DNA of 64,000 nt from an uncultured delta proteobacterium (lineage in GTDB: Bacteria > Desulfobacterota > Desulfobacteria > Desulfobacterales > JAFDCJ01): positions 32,001 to 96,000 of the forward strand of contig CAVYNY010000017.1 in NCBI GenBank assembly GCA_963769935.1. The letters are read 5' to 3'. The translations under genes and the position numbers were made by a program. The notes under the pieces are model-generated. The model had not been told where the DNA came from. It did no database searches and saw only the letters and a program-made list of their open reading frames with translations. This document shows, in pieces, positions 60,804-64,000 of the stretch (the stretch's first letter is position 1; the number at the start of each line of letters is the position of its first letter).

Positions 60804-61514
60804 TCAGAAACCCAGATATGCCTCCCGCACTTTCGGATCCTTCTCCAGGTCCTTGCCCGTACCTTCCTGAAAGATCCTGCCGTTTTCGATGACATAGCAG
60901 TAGTCGGCGATCTTCAATGTCTGGTGGACGTTCTGCTCCACGAGAAAAATTGTCAACCCTTCTTTGTGGAGTTCTTTGATCACATTGAACACCTCCTGGA
61001 CCAGTATCGGTGCCAGGCCCAGGCTGGGTTCGTCAAACATGATGAAATCGGGGCTCTGCATCAGGCCGCGGCCAATGGCGACCATCTGCTGCTCGCCGCC
61101 GGAAAGGGTCTCGGCCAGTTGCTTTCGCCGCTCTCCCAGCCGCGGAAAGATGTCATAAACCTTTTCCAGGTTCTTCCGGCGATTTTTTTTTGACCGAGGC
61201 AGGTAGGACCCCACGATGAGGTTTTCCTCCACGTCCATTTTGGGGAAGAGCTGGCGCCCCTCCGGCACAAGCGTAATGCCCAGATTCACGGTGTCGTGAA
61301 CCGGCAGCGTCGTGATATCCTCTCCTTTGTAGAGCATTTTCCCCGCGGTTGCGTGCTGAAGGCCGCAGATCGCTTTCAAGGTCGTGGTTTTACCGGCGCC
61401 GTTTGCGCCCAGAAGGGCCACGAGCTTGCCGGGCTGGACCGAAAAGGATATATCCCACAGGGCCTGCGTTCCGCCGTAATGTACCGATACATCGTTAACG
61501 TCGAGAATGTTCAT
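60804..61514 (-). CDS. livF: Branched-chain amino-acid ABC ATPase
   Basis: GANGAGKTT, VPEGRQLF, LSGGEQQM, DEPSLGLAP, VREAYLG. Confidence 0.95.
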   Translation of the reverse strand: MNILDVNDVSVHYGGTQALWDISFSVQPGKLVALLGANGAGKTTTLKAICGLQHATAGKMLYKGEDITTLPVHDTVNLGITLVPEGRQLFPKMDVEENLIVGSYLPRSKKNRRKNLEKVYDIFPRLGERRKQLAETLSGGEQQMVAIGRGLMQSPDFIMFDEPSLGLAPILVQEVFNVIKELHKEGLTIFLVEQNVHQTLKIADYCYVIENGRIFQEGTGKDLEKDPKVREAYLGF

Positions 61515-62236
61515 TCAGCTTCCTCCCCCAGATAGGCTTTGATGACTTCCGGATTCTTGGCCACTTCGGCAGGCGTGCCCAGGGCGATCTGTTTGCCGAA
61601 GTTGAGAACCGCCACCCGGTCGCTGATGTTCATGATCACCCGCATGATATGCTCTACGATGAGGATACTGATGCCGCTGTCCCTCAGTTTCAAAATGAGC
61701 TGAATGGTCAGGTCCGTCTCGGTGGGATTCAGCCCCGCCACCACCTCATCCAGCAGCAGCAGGGAAGGCTCGAGTGCCATGGCCTTGCTCACTTCCAAGC
61801 GCTTGCGGCTTGCCAGGGGGAGGCTGGCCGCCGACATGCGGGCCCGATCCGCCAGTCCGGTGAATTCCAGAATCGACCAGGCATGTTTTTCGGCGTCGGG
61901 CCGGCGAGGATGACGGGAAAAAGCGGCGATGACGACGTTTTCCAGCACCGTCAGACCGGGAAAGGGCTTGACCACCTGGAACGTGCGGCCGATGCCGAGC
62001 GTGGCCAATTTGTATGGCGGACGGCCGCTGACATCCACCCCTTTGAAGAGAATGCGGCCCCGTGTGGGAGCGAAATAGCCGCTCACCACGTTGAAGATGG
62101 TCGTCTTGCCGGCGCCGTTCGGTCCGATTAGGCCGACGATTTCCCCTTTCGACACCTCAAAAGAGACATTGTCCACAGCGTGGAGTCCGCCGAATGTTTT
62201 GGTGATCGAATCGAGTTGCAGGATGGCGTCAGACAT
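61511..62236 (-). CDS. livG: Branched-chain amino-acid ABC ATPase
   Basis: FGGLHAV, GPNGAGKTT, GRTFQ, LDEVVAGLN, VIKAYLG. Confidence 0.95.
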   Translation of the reverse strand: MSDAILQLDSITKTFGGLHAVDNVSFEVSKGEIVGLIGPNGAGKTTIFNVVSGYFAPTRGRILFKGVDVSGRPPYKLATLGIGRTFQVVKPFPGLTVLENVVIAAFSRHPRRPDAEKHAWSILEFTGLADRARMSAASLPLASRKRLEVSKAMALEPSLLLLDEVVAGLNPTETDLTIQLILKLRDSGISILIVEHIMRVIMNISDRVAVLNFGKQIALGTPAEVAKNPEVIKAYLGEEAE

Positions 62237-63230
62237 GTTCCGCTCCTCCTTTTTCCGCCTTGAAGTCGGCCGGCGCGTCGTTTATTCCCACCCCTTTCTT
62301 TAGGGCCTTTTTCCCGCCGGCGTACCCGGTGAGGGTGCCCCAAAGACCGTTCGGCAGAAAGACCACCGTCAAAGCGATCATGGCCCCGAGAATGATAAGG
62401 TAAAGGACCTGGTATTCGGAGAGGTAGGCCCAGAAATAGGTCTTGAAGGCATAAACCAGAACGGCGCCTATCGCCGGTCCTATGAGGGTGCCCAGGCCGC
62501 CGAAAACAGCCATGACCATGGCCTGATCGGTGACGATGTCGGCCAGTACCGAAGCCGGATCGATAAAGGTGATCCAGTAGGCGTAGATCCCCCCCAACAC
62601 GCCGGCGGGCACTGCCGAGAGCGCAAAGGCTTTGGTTTTGATAAGGGCCGGGTTCAGTCCCAGTGCCATGGCGCCGGATTCGTCCTCCCGCATGGCCTTT
62701 AGCTTCAATCCGAAGGGGGCCCGCTCCAGCAGAAACCAGAGCAGGAGAAAGGTGGCCGCGACTACTATGAGCATCAGATAATAGAAAAAATTGGGGTGTA
62801 GAAAGGGCGGCAGCCGCATGCCGTCTGGACCGCCGGTGATGTTCATCACCAGCGCGACCTGCATAACGGCCAACTGCAGGGCCCAGGTGGCGATGGCGAA
62901 ATAGGCGCCCTTCAGGCGAAGGGTGGGTACTCCGGCAATCACCGCGGCGGCGGCGGCGGCCAATCCCGCCGCGGGGAGTGTGGCGGCGAAGGTCCAGCCG
63001 TATTTCATCATGAGGATTGCCGTCACATAGGCGCCGATGCCGAAAAATGCGCCGTGGCCGAAATTGAGGTAGCCGGTGTAACCGGCCATGACGTCCCAGG
63101 TGATGGCCATGCCGATCCACATGAAGCATTCGGTTACGATGCGCAGTACAAAGGAATCCTGTGTGAATCGTGGGATGATCAGTAGTACCGCCATGATCAG
63201 GCAGAAAATGAGGGTCTTTTTGTTTCGCAT
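62229..63230 (-). CDS. livM: Branched-chain amino-acid ABC permease
   Basis: GYTGYLNFGHGAFFGIGAY, LRLKGAYFAIAT, GGLGTLIGP. Confidence 0.92.
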   Translation of the reverse strand: MRNKKTLIFCLIMAVLLIIPRFTQDSFVLRIVTECFMWIGMAITWDVMAGYTGYLNFGHGAFFGIGAYVTAILMMKYGWTFAATLPAAGLAAAAAAVIAGVPTLRLKGAYFAIATWALQLAVMQVALVMNITGGPDGMRLPPFLHPNFFYYLMLIVVAATFLLLWFLLERAPFGLKLKAMREDESGAMALGLNPALIKTKAFALSAVPAGVLGGIYAYWITFIDPASVLADIVTDQAMVMAVFGGLGTLIGPAIGAVLVYAFKTYFWAYLSEYQVLYLIILGAMIALTVVFLPNGLWGTLTGYAGGKKALKKGVGINDAPADFKAEKGGAEHV

Positions 63231-63232
63231 GG

Positions 63233-64000
63233 CTATACCCCCCTCCCGAACAGGCCCTTGGGTGATGCGAGCAGCACTGCGTAGAGGATGACGAAGACGG
63301 CCAGCAGTGTGTAGCCCGGATTGAAATAGATGAGGAAAAAGGACTGGACCAGCCCCAGCAGGATGGCGGCCCAGGGTACTCCCGAAAGGTAACCCATCCC
63401 GGCCAGCACCACGATGAAAAACGACATTACCGTGTATTTCGCCCCCATTTGGGCGCTGATCGAAAAGGTGCAGCCGATGAGCACCCCGGACATGGCGCTG
63501 ATGCCGACGTAAATGCCGTAGACCCAACAATTGGTCCGCTTGGCGTTGATACCCATGAGCCCGGCGGCCTCCTTGTTCTGGGCCAGGGCCCGCACCGCCA
63601 GCCCAAAGTCAGTTTTTTTGAGAAGCAGGTTGAGCAGCACGGTGACGATCAGGGCGTACACCAACCCCACAAGTCGTATGGTCGGAATGGTCACGAAGAA
63701 ATCCCCCCACTCCAGGGAAAGGGAGTCGGCGGACAAGTTCGACGGAATGGACCGACTGTAAAAACCGAAGGTTGTCAGGCCCAACCCCTTGAACATAAGG
63801 GCCAGACCGAATGTGAAGACAAGGGCCATAAGGAGCGGGTTTCCCTTTTTGCCGCTCAAGACTCTGTGGATGACCGGCTGGAACAAATACCCGACAAGCC
63901 CGAACCCTACGAAGACCACCGGCAGATAGAGCAGGGGTTCGATCCGGGTCCATTGGCTGAGATAAAATCCCAGAAACGCCCCCAGCATGATCCATTCCCC
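63233..64000 (-). CDS. livH: Branched-chain amino-acid ABC permease (5' end outside window)
   Basis: GEWIMLGAF, KTDFGLAVRA, AAGLMGIN, SPKGLFG. Confidence 0.9.
   Translation of the reverse strand, partial: GEWIMLGAFLGFYLSQWTRIEPLLYLPVVFVGFGLVGYLFQPVIHRVLSGKKGNPLLMALVFTFGLALMFKGLGLTTFGFYSRSIPSNLSADSLSLEWGDFFVTIPTIRLVGLVYALIVTVLLNLLLKKTDFGLAVRALAQNKEAAGLMGINAKRTNCWVYGIYVGISAMSGVLIGCTFSISAQMGAKYTVMSFFIVVLAGMGYLSGVPWAAILLGLVQSFFLIYFNPGYTLLAVFVILYAVLLASPKGLFGRGV

Noticed and set aside
1..64000. tRNA, rRNA, prophage or restriction/defence genes
   Set aside because: None recognised by eye; a covariance-model scan was not possible, so small RNAs could have been missed

Overview
Gene-dense bacterial window. 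Gene content and intergenic repeat style suggest an anaerobic Desulfobacterota (Desulfobacterales-like) genome; this is an inference. From left to right: an ArnT-like glycosyltransferase with an OmpR/histidine-kinase pair; a redox/stress cluster (WrbA, MBL hydrolase, a DsbA-like protein with an in-frame UGA in a UxxC motif, cytochrome c', cytochrome b, two paralogous lipoproteins); an orphan MotAB pair; MlaC plus an MMPL transporter; an atypical SHMT with a cyclase; a putative ~250-nt structured RNA; an MBL protein and a TRAP transporter. Next is a GntR-headed Fe-S operon that ends in a CO-dehydrogenase (CooS) homologue which keeps its B/D-cluster cysteines but has lost nearly all C-cluster and catalytic residues. 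This operon is the best candidate for an undescribed system. It is followed by an aminotransferase, a second TRAP transporter and an Fe-ADH; a PAS hybrid kinase; TetR with a MacAB/OMF efflux system; and a large M14 peptidase with a Dpp ABC transporter whose ATPase gene is truncated. A mosaic island (~52.7-60.6 kb) carries a CPA2 antiporter, GC-rich foreign gene blocks and two IS91-family remnants. The window ends in a Liv-type ABC operon. Single-base frameshifts in many unrelated genes point to long-read indel errors. All family assignments and alignments were made by eye from motifs; no searches were run.
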